A stretch of 26,910 nucleotides of DNA, taken from the NCBI GenBank assembly GCA_010093705.1, contig MU006090.1, forward strand, positions 2,286,022-2,312,931, read 5' to 3'. Position 1 is the stretch's first letter; each line of letters begins with the position of its first letter. The notes beneath the pieces are model-generated. The model did no database searches. It was not told the origin of the DNA and saw only the letters and a program-made list of their open reading frames with translations. This document shows, in pieces, positions 12,479-23,039 of the stretch. The position numbers and the translations under genes are program-made. Source of the DNA: Patellaria atrata CBS 101060 (taxonomy: Eukaryota).

Positions 12479-14440
12479 ATGGAGCAATTTTCTTATGCCT
12501 CTGCACCGCTTTCTGCTGAAGAGATTCGACTCTTCTCCATTCTTCCCAGCTCAAATCCTGAATTACCAGAACGCCTGGACATCGAGTTGACCAAGGCTGC
12601 CATCAACGATCTGCCAGATTTCTATGCGATTTCATATCTCTGGGGTCGTCCCAACAGCAGCTCCCAAGACCCACAGAACATTTTCGTAGACAACAAGTTT
12701 CTAAGCGTGACGAGGAGCATCCAGGAAGTGCTACTAGCTCTCCGAACGCCCGAAAAGCTCTGGTTTTGGGCCGACCAGATATGCATCAACCAAAAGGATG
12801 ACAAGGAAAAGGATTTACAGCTCCCTTATATGGCTACGATATATGGGAAGTCTACTCGCACTATTGCGTGGCTTGGCGCGGAGACTCGGAACTCAGCAGC
12901 TGCTATGGCATTCCTTAGTAAACTTGCCTGCAAAGGGTCTAAACTGGGCATTACACATGTGGATCATGAGCAGCTTCGCAAACTCTTCACTGATGAAGAC
13001 GACGATTTCGGGACGGTGAATGCCATGGATACTGATTCCGCCACTCGCAGGACTGAAGTTCACAGTTTTGTTTCTGAGATGGGGAACATTCTGCATCTGT
13101 CCGATCTCGACGCTGTTCTAGAGTTTTGTGCTCTGCCATACTTCACCAGAGGATGGGTCAGAGAAGAGATTGCACTGCCCAAAAATCTGCTTTTGAGATG
13201 GGGCAACCAGTTCATCGACGGCGACACTTTGGCCGATGCGATCCACCTCCTAAAACTCTATGTTCATCACTCCATTGGCAGACTGAGGAAGAGTCCAATA
13301 GACTCAGAGACCGCAATAACCATCCAATTGATAGAAGATAGGACCTCACCATTGTATGACTCAATCCAACCTACTGCTGTAGCCCGGCGCCAATACCAGA
13401 TGAATCCAGCGGTGCGATTTTTTAATATGGCATACATCCTGAGAAATTACCGACACCTAGAGTTCACTAATCCGCGCGATCGAGTGCATGGCGTTCTGGG
13501 ATTGGCGAACGATTGGAGAGACCTCGGGATTCCAATTCGATCCTCAAAATCCGTGCCTGATGAGGTTGTGTTGACACAGACGGCGAAGAAAATCATTCAG
13601 AAAAGGGTTGAAGACGATGACAACTGGGGAGGGATCAACTTCATGTTGCTTTGCGGAGACTTTCCTCCCATGACCGCTGAGTCGAAGTCGAACAGACTTC
13701 CGTCTTGGGTACCCCGACTTGAACGACAAGATCCCTTTACTTTATCAGACGAGACGACATTTGTTTCGTCACACCCTTTTAACGCCTCTAGGGGCTTTCG
13801 TCATCCAATCACGAAGGAGGAACAAGATGACGCTGATCCAAATATTTTCCTCTGCAGCATTATGGTGGTGGACAGCGTGAAGAACACCGGCAAACCAGAG
13901 GCGGATCTACGAGACGCTCTGGTAGCTATTTGGAACTTTGCTGGTGAATCAGATGTCATAGTTAAGTCTGATCCAGAATCGAAGCATCCATATTGCAAAC
14001 CTACGGCCCAGGAGAAGTTGTTAACCGCTAGATGGCGCGTGCCTATTCTGGATCACGAATTCTTGAGCAATCCAACATCATTACGGCGGGCCACGACCTT
14101 GAGTAGAGAAGGATTCTGTGCACTATGGGGAATGAAGGGTGCAGATGCAATCCAAAACAGCAAAATCAAGGCGGAAAACTATGAAGAATCATGCCATCCG
14201 CTAAGGTCCAGAGTCCCTTTCCTTGGGGAAAAGGGGTTCGTTGGCATCGGACCACGCAATGTACAAAAAGGAGATTTGGTTTGCGTAATCCTGGGAGGAC
14301 GTTTTCCCTTTATTTTGCGCAGAAGATCTGCTCCGGAGTTAGCACGCTACGAATTGGTCGGAGAGGCTTATTGTGATGGAATTATGGACGGAGAGGCTTT
14401 TCACATGGGTATCGCGACTCGAACAGTTGAATTGATATGA
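12479..14440 (+). CDS. HET-domain protein, HET-6-like architecture, 653 aa, intact and intronless
   Basis: Motifs IRL, YAISYLWG, WADQICINQKD..EK..Q...M..IY, YFTRGWVREE, NPRDRVHGVLGL, LPSWVP, and a C-terminal GIGP...KGDLVCVILGG..PFILR...YELVGEAYCDGIMDGE. Confidence 0.92.
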   Translation: MEQFSYASAPLSAEEIRLFSILPSSNPELPERLDIELTKAAINDLPDFYAISYLWGRPNSSSQDPQNIFVDNKFLSVTRSIQEVLLALRTPEKLWFWADQICINQKDDKEKDLQLPYMATIYGKSTRTIAWLGAETRNSAAAMAFLSKLACKGSKLGITHVDHEQLRKLFTDEDDDFGTVNAMDTDSATRRTEVHSFVSEMGNILHLSDLDAVLEFCALPYFTRGWVREEIALPKNLLLRWGNQFIDGDTLADAIHLLKLYVHHSIGRLRKSPIDSETAITIQLIEDRTSPLYDSIQPTAVARRQYQMNPAVRFFNMAYILRNYRHLEFTNPRDRVHGVLGLANDWRDLGIPIRSSKSVPDEVVLTQTAKKIIQKRVEDDDNWGGINFMLLCGDFPPMTAESKSNRLPSWVPRLERQDPFTLSDETTFVSSHPFNASRGFRHPITKEEQDDADPNIFLCSIMVVDSVKNTGKPEADLRDALVAIWNFAGESDVIVKSDPESKHPYCKPTAQEKLLTARWRVPILDHEFLSNPTSLRRATTLSREGFCALWGMKGADAIQNSKIKAENYEESCHPLRSRVPFLGEKGFVGIGPRNVQKGDLVCVILGGRFPFILRRRSAPELARYELVGEAYCDGIMDGEAFHMGIATRTVELI

Positions 14441-14581
14441 TTCTAATATGATGTGATGATATCAACAATGCAGCAACGAGTGCGAGTCGACCTCAATGGC
14501 CAGTGCGCCGCGCTACGCCTGATCTTAATGGCGGAAGGATAAAGTCGATCCTAATGGGGTTCCAGACATTCAGGAACCTAG

Positions 14582-14865
14582 TGTTAGATGGTAGAGCTGT
14601 TGGAGTATTGGTCCTACCGGCGGCGACCAGGGCTAACGAGCTACTCGCTTATGTGGTATCAGCGTAACCAGGGTTACTAATCTGATACAGTACTATCTTT
14701 TAGTACTTACTGTTGGTATCCATATTTGCTGTTTTCTAAGACATAGATTTCATACGGTTCTGTCCGGTTTGGTACACACCTGCAGTATATAACAGCTAGA
14801 TAGAGCCACTCTTTTGAGAAGCAAGCGATATATTTAGTGCACCTGCAGATCCAGTTTATCTAACA
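14582..14865 (-). mobile_element. Putative solo LTR, short TGTTAGAT...ATCTAACA family, 284 bp
   Basis: 8-bp inverted termini, with similarity to 8339, 8608-8649 and 11776-12089. No TSD (CCTAG vs AATGC). Strand is given relative to the 8339 copy. Confidence 0.75.
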
Positions 14866-14878
14866 AATGCAATGGATT

Positions 14879-14942
14879 AAAAAAAAAAAAAACCGTCTTC
14901 TACTATCTTCTACTATCTTCTACTGTCTTCTACTATCTTCTA
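14879..14942. repeat. A14 tract followed by a 10-bp minisatellite (TCTTCTACTA) x ~4.5
   Basis: Read directly from the sequence. Confidence 0.85.
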
Positions 14943-14973
14943 TGATTATATATCCAGTTCTAATCACTTCTAA

Positions 14974-14997
14974 TGTTAGATAGTGAGGCTCGCTACC
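14974..14997 (-). repeat. 24-nt terminal remnant of the short LTR
   Basis: TGTTAGATAGTGAGGCTCGCTACC is the reverse complement of 8584-8607 with one mismatch. Confidence 0.65.
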
Positions 14998-15463
14998 TAA
15001 CTGCAATCCCTAATCAGTAAACGTATTACTGATTTGAATGTGGACCGTGCGCACCTGAAGAGCAGGGGTATTACTGATTTAAAAAACTTGCTGCAAATCA
15101 GTAAAGGGTAAATCTTCCAGTAAATATAGATATGATTCGATAGAAAGGTAAAATAAACCTTACGCAATCAGCCGGTCAAATTAGATTTTTTATATCGCTT
15201 TTGGTTCCTTTAATGCAGCCTGCGATATAAATTGCCGGTCAGGAATTGTTGATGGAGTCACTTTCAACTAGCGCTATCCCTCCAGCCAGTTAGAAGAAGA
15301 AGAAGAAGAAGCGAAGAAGCGAAGAAAGTCCGAATAGAAATGGAATATCTCCCTCTCTTTTCTCCCTCTCCTTTGTTGTAACTCCCTTTTCATTAGGCTT
15401 TAAATAGTTAAAGATAACTATAAGTATCTCTCTCTCCTTTCGGTCTTATTACTATCAATATCA

Positions 15464-15836
15464 ATGGATCAATTTAATACCCTTTTTGTTCATATTTCAT
15501 GCTACCGTGTCGCCGTTTGCAAAGAATGTCACGTTGGTATAGTAAAGGCCAATATCGCCCGCCACCTAGATACTCGACACGCGAATTTGACGAGGAGCAC
15601 ACTGCAGGAAATCGCCCGGGCGGCTAGAGCGATCGAGGAGCTGGCGGAAGGTGAGGACCAGGTGGTATACCCGGGCCCGGACTCCGAGCCCGTGCCCCAC
15701 CTTACTGTGTGGCGCGACGGGCTAAAGTGCACGCGGTGCGGTTACATCCGCCGAACTATACAGGACTGCCGCGAGCAGCACGGCTGGGCGAACCCGCGGA
15801 AGAGGGGCCGCATGGCCAAGGGCTACCGGGCCGAGG
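15464..15836 (+). pseudogene. N-terminal fragment of a DUF3505/OrsD-like zinc-finger protein (a family often linked to fungal telomere-linked RecQ helicases)
   Basis: VAVCKEC..IARHLDTRH, then P.P.L...DGLKC..CGY...HGW, a pattern recalled for this family. The GC-rich segment stops abruptly at 15836, where a repeat begins. Confidence 0.65.
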
Positions 15837-16117
15837 TGTCAAGGCTCAACCTCAGATGGAAGCTGAAAGGTATATTGCTATATATACATGAAGCTTAAAC
15901 TTAAGGAAAGAAAGTAAAAGAGAGTATCAGAACAGCGTGAGCTGTTCTATTAAAGTACAACATGACTAAGCTACTGGATCATGCATGGAGCTTAAACTTA
16001 AGGAAAGAATATAAGAGAAAGTGCCAGAACAGCGTAAGTTTGTTCTATTAAAGTATAGCATAGCTAAGCCGCTGGATCATCCAAGGCACTTATACCTATC
16101 GGGTCTAACCCGTGACA
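15837..16117. mobile_element. Putative solo LTR (TGTCA...TGACA) with an internal ~97-bp tandem duplication
   Basis: 5-bp inverted termini, with diverged units starting at 15887 and 15984 (CATGRAGCTTAAACTTAAGGAAAGAA...CTGGATCAT). The flanks differ (CGAGG vs ACAGT) and belong to unrelated elements. Confidence 0.55.
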
Positions 16118-16341
16118 ACAGTGATCTGGACGAAGAAGTCTACTGCAGATATCCGGACGGATTCTACAAGCAGGGACTTGTTATGAAGCTTCACAAAGCT
16201 TCGTACGGACTGAAGAGATCACCTCGGCTCTGGTATCAGTTGTTTCCAACGGCTTTAGAAGAGCTGGGGATGATGCCGGTTCCTAGTGTCAATTGCTTGT
16301 TTACTGATGGTACCATATTAGTGCTTTTCTACGTGAACGAC
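16118..16341 (+). mobile_element. Ty1/copia reverse transcriptase fragment
   Basis: SDLDEEVYCRYPDGF..KLHKASYGLKRSPRLWY..LFYVND (YVDD motif), cut off by the gypsy LTR. Confidence 0.9.
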
Positions 16342-16901
16342 TGTTACGGCCACAGGACAGAAGGACAGCATCACCAGTAGAACGGTAGCACAAGGTGCCG
16401 GAACGGAACAACTAACGCGGAGGTCACGTGACGTGATCAATGGTCAACGGTGCTCGAAGGGTATTGAGCATAGAGCAGACTCGAGCAAACGTGATCGATG
16501 GTCAACGGTGCTCGAAGGGTATTGAGCATAGAGCNNNNNNNNNNNNNNNNNNNNNNNNNNNNNNNNNNNNNNNNNNNNNNNNNNNNNNNNNNNNNNNNNN
16601 NNNNNNNNNNNNNNNNNNNNNNNNNNNNNNNNNNAATCTTACCTATAGATTTGGATGTTACGGTTTTGAACTTGACTTCATTTGTCACGCTGTTTCCATA
16701 CAGTACGTCTTGTCTCATTGTGAGCATTACCCGAAGTCAAGGAGTCAGCAAGTTGTATCGACAACTTGAAGTGCCTTTATTATACGTATCCTATCACTTT
16801 GCCAAACCTACCTTGGTGGTTGACCACGTTAAGTGAGAAGCCAGGCGCGTTTCTAGACTTATCCAGCTCCGTCTTGATAAGTATAGACTCCCGTTGTAAC
16901 A
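16342..16901 (+). repeat. 5' LTR (U3 type B), spanning the N gap 16535-16634
   Basis: Starts TGTTACGGCCACAGG and ends CCCGTTGTAACA. 16635-16901 is nearly identical to 23411-23677. A 58-bp tandem duplication starts at 16431 and 16489. Confidence 0.85.
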
Positions 16902-16903
16902 TT

Positions 16904-16911
16904 ATAACTAC
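16904..16911 (+). promoter_or_regulatory. Putative self-priming PBS (Tf1/sushi type)
   Basis: There is no TGG-type tRNA PBS. ATAACTAC is complementary to GTAGTTAT in the LTR (23393-23400 in the 3' copy), about 40 nt downstream of a TATTTRAG element. Confidence 0.55.
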
Positions 16912-16947
16912 CACGCAGTAGGAAAGCGTATAACAGACCTAGACACG

Positions 16948-18990
16948 ATGTCGTCAGCCGCAGCCAACACGAAGACGGATAAAGAACATATCCAAGCGTT
17001 GTACAAACGCATCAGCGAACTCGAAAATGAAGGGACAGTCCAAGAACTTAGGGATCAGCTCGAACAACTTACCGTACAGTTGCTCTCACCATAGAAGCGA
17101 ACCGCGAAAGTCAAAGAACCCGCACCATACGATGGCAAACGAGACGAGCTAAGAGGATTCTTAACCCAGGTGAGGATCTATCATAAGAGAATAGGGCTAA
17201 CGGACGACAGTGAACGTGTACTCGATGCATCAGCGTACCTTAAAGGAGACGCTTTGGAATGGTTCGAACCCATTGCACGAGACTATCTTGAGAACAGTGA
17301 AGAACACCAGGAAGACGAAACAGTTAAGATCTTCAAGTCGTTTCCAAAATTCGAAGAAACGCTCAAGAACGTCTTTGGGGAAGTCGACGAACAACAGGCA
17401 GCTGAAAGGAAGCTTCAAGGACTCAGACAGAAGGGGTCAGCTTCGAAGTATGCAACTACATTCCAACAGGCAGCATCAACATTGGGTTGGCCTGATGAAC
17501 CACTGATGATCGCTTTCTATCAAGGTTTGAAGGAAGAAGTAAAGGACGAGTGGGTTCATTATGAGAGACCAACGACCATGCAGGACGCAGTGACCTTAGC
17601 AGTTAGAATAGATAACAGGTTATATGAGCGTAGACAGGAAAAGGGAGGACGGAAGAATGTTGTGGTTGGGTATAGAAAGAAGGCAACAAGGGCCACGAGT
17701 AGACAAGATCAGGGAGACCCAATGGACCTCGACCGACTACAACAGACAAAACAAAAGAAGTCGAAGAAACAACGACAGTTCACCCAAGAAGAAAAAGAAC
17801 GCTTTGCGAACAGGGCATGTCTACAATGCGGAGAAGTGGGACATTTCAAGAGAGACTGTCCACAGAAGACGCAACCACCCTCGCGACACAACCGACGTAT
17901 GCAACTCAGAGTCATGCACCTGACACCACCGTCACCAGTCTCATCGCTAGAAGAGGAAGAGATCGAAGAAACGCCGCTACCCTACCAGACGGGGGTGAGC
18001 AGGCCACCGACGCCGTTCCCAACAGCAGGAAACTGGCTAGAGGAGGAGACACTCCGACAACGTTTAGACAACCAACAATGTTGGGCGTGTGGAAACTTAT
18101 GTACGCACACAGCATCAGAATGCCCAGCACAGAATCAAGGTCAGAGGATTAGAGTACAAACATCTAACGGACCAAGCCTCACATACCGGATTATGGAACA
18201 ACAACGTTAGCTTGAACAAGAATTCCAAGACTGGGAGCCAATTGAACCCGAATCCGATGCCGATGTGATCGTCGAAGAACAACAATTGAACCTTGCACCA
18301 AGGGCAAAAGACTGCTTAGCCTTTCGATGGATGCAATGTAAAGAGGATGACTGCTTATACCATAAACAGCAGAAGGCCACAGCAAAGTTTAGGGACCGAG
18401 ACCCCACATACGTACACTTACCTGAAAGCCAATGCCAGGTAAAAGGGTGCAAAACCCACGAAGACGAAACAAAAGTACTCGAGAAGAACCAAGGACTCGA
18501 GCCACCAGCAGGCGACTGCGGAAAATATGACAGTTTCAATTGCATAGACAAACTTAGGTGCAGACGACATTACTGGACACTAATCCATACGGGATGCGTA
18601 GCAGCAACGTGGGAAGATTGCGAACATGGCACGGATTGCTGGTACCATAGAGGATTAGAGGAAGAGTTCTATAAAACAAAAGTGTTTCCGTGGGAAACGG
18701 AAGTGCTCAGAAACGGTGGAGAGACCACCGAGCAAGCCACTAAATGCGACGCGACAGACTTTGGACAGTGCGCGATTAGAGGAATGTGGTGCGATTACCA
18801 CACCGCGCAGAGATGGAGAGCAGGAATCAAAAGCAATCCAAGTCACAACGCAGTTATCAAACGAGAATGTCGAGAATCGGAGTGCGAAGAACATCGCAAA
18901 GGTCCATACTATGACCGACATGACAAACTACACTGGACCGTGTGCGTAGAATCCGGTTGCCCGGTACACGGCTATGCAAAAAACTACTAA
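16948..18990 (+). pseudogene. gag: gag with a CCHC knuckle and a long Cys/His-rich C-terminal extension; in-frame TAG stops at 17092 and 18208
   Basis: Single frame from ATG 16948, containing KEPAPYDGKR, YLKGDALEWF, FYQGLKEEVKD, GDPMDLD and CLQCGEVGHFKRDC. Confidence 0.88.
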
Positions 18991-19036
18991 GCCACTCGAG
19001 ACAGGAACGATCGAGAAGTATAGCTCCTAAGTTCCT
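18978..19036 (+). promoter_or_regulatory. -1 ribosomal frameshift signal (A AAA AAC) with a candidate pseudoknot
   Basis: The heptamer is in the gag frame, just before the gag stop, and pol lies in the -1 frame. Candidate stems are CTCGA/TCGAG and AGGAAC/GTTCCT. Confidence 0.75.
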
Positions 19037-22000
19037 TAGAACCCTACGAAGCAACGATAGAACGCTTTGGGTAGATGTCACCGTACACGGCAAGAGAACG
19101 ATAGCGCTAGTCGATAGCGGCGCCACCGATTCGTTCATCTCACCCCGATGGGTAGAGAAGAAGAGTATACCTTACACGAAACTTGAGAACCCAGTCCCGT
19201 TGCGACTAGGAAACGGCGAAGGCATAGGCTATGGACGAGGTCTGATCAACTTTAGGACCATACCGGTAGAAGTCGACGTACAAGGCAAGGTAGTTACTTA
19301 ACGCATCCCCATAACCGACCTTGGAGATGTAGATGTGATTCTAGGGATGGACTGGTTACAAATAGTGAACCCAGATATTGACTGGAAGACAAGAAGTATC
19401 CAGATTGACCAAGACACCTCACGAAAGGATAGAGTCAAGCGAACGAAACGTACTAGGCAGACGGACGCTAGTATACCCGTAGGACGTATTTCGCACTGCA
19501 AGATGATGAAGATCTGCAGAAACAAACCCAAGAGCGTAGGAGCAGTATGGCTCAGGAAAGTAAACGCCGAGAAGGTTTCCGAAGAACCCAAGATACCCGA
19601 AGAGTATAACGAGTTCAAAGAATTGTTTGAGGAAGATATAGCGACTATGCTTCCAGATCACCAGACGTGGGATCATGAAATAGTGCTAAAGGAGGGTGCG
19701 AAACTACGACCCGGCCCAATTTACCCGTTGACAAGAGAACAACATAAAGCACTCGAAGAATATATCCGCACCAACTTAGAAAAGGGATATATACGACCTA
19801 GCGAAAGCCCGATGGCTTCACCGATTCTATTNNNNNNNNNNNNNNNNNNNNNNNNNNNNNNNNNNNNNNNNNNNNNNNNNNNNNNNNNNNNNNNNNNNNN
19901 NNNNNNNNNNNNNNNNNNNNNNNNNNNNNNNNNNNNNNNNNNNNNNNNNNNNNNNNNNNNNNNNNNNNNNNNNNNNNNNNNNNNNNNNNNNNNNNNNNNN
20001 NNNNNNNNNNNNNNNNNNNNNAAGGCGAAGAATGGAAGACAGCCATGAGAACGAGGTTCGGACTGTACGAATACACAGTAATGCCGTTCGGCTTGACCAA
20101 CGCCCCAGCAACGTTCCAAGCAGTGATCAATCATGCACTGAGAGAATATTTGGACGTATTTGTAACTGCTTACCTAGATGATGTGCTAGTGTACACGAAC
20201 GGAACGCTCGAAGAGCACAGGGAGCATGTAAAGAAAGTATTGACGAAACTACGAGAAAAGAGACTCCTAGTACACCCAGACAAGTGTGAATTCCATATTA
20301 AAGAAACGGAATTCCTAGGCTTCATCGTTACCACTGAAGGAGTACAAGCAGACCCAAAAAAGATAGAAACAGTAGTGGAATGGCCCACACCAAGAAGTGT
20401 GAAGGATATACAATCATTCCTAGGTTTCGCGAACTACTATAGGAAGTTCATATAGGGGTACTCAAAGGTAACATCGCCACTATCAGAACTAACAAAGAAG
20501 GACAATACCTTTGTTTGGATAGAGAAGGCGCAAGAAGCATTCGACGAACTCAAGAAAAGGTTCACCACAGCACCAATCTTGGTCACGTTTGACCCGGAGA
20601 AAGAGATTGTACTCGAAACTGACGCATCAGACTATGCACTGGGCGCATGCATCAGTCAACCAGACGAGAAAGGACGGTTACACCCCGTTGCCTTCCATTC
20701 ACGGAAGTTCACAGCCGCAGAGCTGAACTACGACGTATACGACAAAGAACTATTAGCAATTGTCGACGCATTTGAACAGTGGAGGTCATATTTAGAAGGA
20801 CCCAAGTACACTGTAAAGGTTTGGTCAGACCACCAGAACCTAACCAGTTTTCTCACCACAAAGAAACTAAATCGAAGACAAGTAAGATGGGCGGAGACGC
20901 TCGCATCTTATAACTTCAAGGTATTCCATAGACCAGGAGTCGAGAACAAACTAGCCGACGCTATAAGCAGAAGATCCGACTACTTAGAAGGAACTAAGCC
21001 GGTACACGACGCAGTACTAAAGAGAGAAAACGACGCGATCACTTATAACCAGCCAAGATTAGCCGCTATGTTAATCATTGAATCCACGAGGGAACAACAG
21101 ATTCGTGATGCCTATCAGAAGGATAGTATGATAGAGGAATTTCAAAAGGGTAACGACCCCAGAGCGACGAAAACAGCTCACGGAACATGGTTATACGACG
21201 GACTCGTATACGTACCAACAACACTGCGAAAGACTCTTACCAAAGAGATCCACGAAGCACCAGCACATGGTCATCAAGGCATTGACAAAACCTTGGAAAG
21301 GATCTTAAGAAATTACTATTTCCCAGGGGTAAGGAGTACAGTAAAGCAAGTCATCTTAGAGTGCAATGACTGTGCACGGAACAAGAGTGCAAGACACGCA
21401 CCTTATAGACAGATGCAACATATTGAGCCACCAAAGCGAGCATGGGACTCAATCACGATGGACTTCATCACCGGTCTACCAGGATCCACAGACCCAGCAA
21501 CAGGAGTAGAGTATGATTCGATACTAGTAATCGCTAAACGACTAACAAAGTTCACCTACTTCATACCAGCAAAGACGACGATGACAGCACCACAAGTAGC
21601 AGCACTGATATCAAAAGTAGTGCTAGCCAATCACCAAATGCCTAGAGAAATCATTTCGGACCGAGACAAGCTATTCACATCAGCATTTTGGCAAACTCTA
21701 GTACAAAGTTTAGGGGTAAACCATAAGCTATCGACAAGCTTTCACCCATAAACGGATGGCCAGACTGAGAGAATGAACCAATCTCTAGAGCAATACTTAC
21801 GCAACTATGTGAATTACCAGCAGAACAACTGGGTAGAGCTGCTACCAATGGCACAATTCGCACATAATAGCGCGAAATCCGATACTACGAAGGTTTCACC
21901 CTTCTATGCGAATTACGGTTTCGAACCAGAAGCATATCGTGAGCCAAGAACAGTTTAGAGCATTTCACAAAAAGCAGCGTTGAAAGTCGAGCAAATCAAG

Positions 22001-22439
22001 GAATTGCACGCACAGCTATCTCGAGACATAGCTTTCCAGACGACAAAGGCTGCAAAGTATAGCAATCAGCATAGGTCGCTGGAACCGACCTTTAAAAAGG
22101 GGGACAAAGTTTACTTGTTACAAAAAAACCTCAAAACAAAACGACCCAACAAGAAACTAGACCACAAGAAAATTGGACCTTTCAAAGTCAAACAGGTCAA
22201 AGGAAAAGTCAATTACGAGTTGGAACTACCTAAAGGAATGAGGATACACCCAGTTTTCCATGTATCACTCCTAGAACCAGCACATGCTAACGCTAAACTC
22301 CAAACACGACCCACAGAACTCGAAGAAGAAGACGTCTACGAGGTAGAACGTGTTCTAGACCTACAACAGGTAGACGGTCAGTGGAAGTACTTAGTAAAAT
22401 GGAAGGGCTACGGACACGCAGACAACACGTGGGAACCAC

Positions 22440-23036
22440 TCAAACACTTTGCGAACCACCATCAGGGCCTTGAACAGTTTCATCGACGAAACCAGGGAAT
22501 TCCAGACCCTCGAGGGCAGAGAAATCCAAATCAGACCAGCCAGGAGGAGAAGCGACAGAGGAAGAGGCGACCGAAGAAGCTTGCTGCTTTCCGGCTCCTC
22601 GCTCCAAAGCCTCAAGCTCCTCAATGGAACCAAGCTCACGACGAGACATCTCGACCTCCTTATCCTCAAGGGAACGGAGCTGTCGACGAAGGCGACGGGC
22701 GCGGGCACGAGCAGTCCTCACTTGAGCGCTCGCCTCAGCACGAACTCGCTCCTCGTGATCCAGAGCAAGCTCTTCATCGTGCTCAGCAGCAGCTAACTCA
22801 GAACGAGTCCTGGCCTTTAAAACATCGAGTTTATCCCAATCCTTTTGTGTCACCACGAGATCGCACTTCGTACCACGGGCAAGACATTCAGAACAGAAAC
22901 CTGAAGGGATATCGACAATACAAGAACGAGAAGAACGACGACAAGCAGAACAAGGAGTCGGCATGGGACGACCGTGTAGAGCAACACGGGCAGCGTAGCG
23001 TCGACGACGGACTGGACGAGGTTCAGCTTTTGGCAT
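22440..23036 (-). CDS. Antisense ORF of the retrotransposon: 198-aa Zn(II)2Cys6-type protein with a coiled-coil-like segment and an acidic C-terminus (putative transcription regulator)
   Basis: ATG at 23036 and a basic RRRRY segment. CSACRRSSRSCIVDIPSGFCSECLARGTKC fits C-x2-C-x6-C-x8-C-x2-C-x6-C (22863-22952). An E/R/A/L-rich helical region follows, then the tail WSDLDFSALEGLEFPGFVDE. There are no internal stops. Confidence 0.8.
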   Translation of the reverse strand: MPKAEPRPVRRRRYAARVALHGRPMPTPCSACRRSSRSCIVDIPSGFCSECLARGTKCDLVVTQKDWDKLDVLKARTRSELAAAEHDEELALDHEERVRAEASAQVRTARARARRLRRQLRSLEDKEVEMSRRELGSIEELEALERGAGKQQASSVASSSVASPPGWSDLDFSALEGLEFPGFVDETVQGPDGGSQSV

Positions 23037-23039
23037 CTC

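Noticed and set aside
12106..12590. Short ORFs upstream of the HET gene
   Set aside because: They have non-ATG or weak starts and no recognisable motif. A small exon cannot be excluded.
16329..16342. Gypsy insertion right after the copia YVND motif as targeted inactivation
   Set aside because: It is a single event, and the motif is already mutated. Chance is sufficient to explain it.
16021..16380. 119-aa ORF as a gene
   Set aside because: It is a chimera of a putative LTR, copia RT and the gypsy LTR.
14896..16534. Tandem repeats as a CRISPR or telomeric array
   Set aside because: The context is eukaryotic, with no unique spacers and no TTAGGG runs.
18208..18210. TAG as a programmed read-through site
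   Set aside because: The context TAG-CTT is not the CARYYA read-through motif, and five similar stops point to mutation. Intact copies would settle it.
19832..20021. Frame change within pol
   Set aside because: It coincides with an N gap of estimated length.
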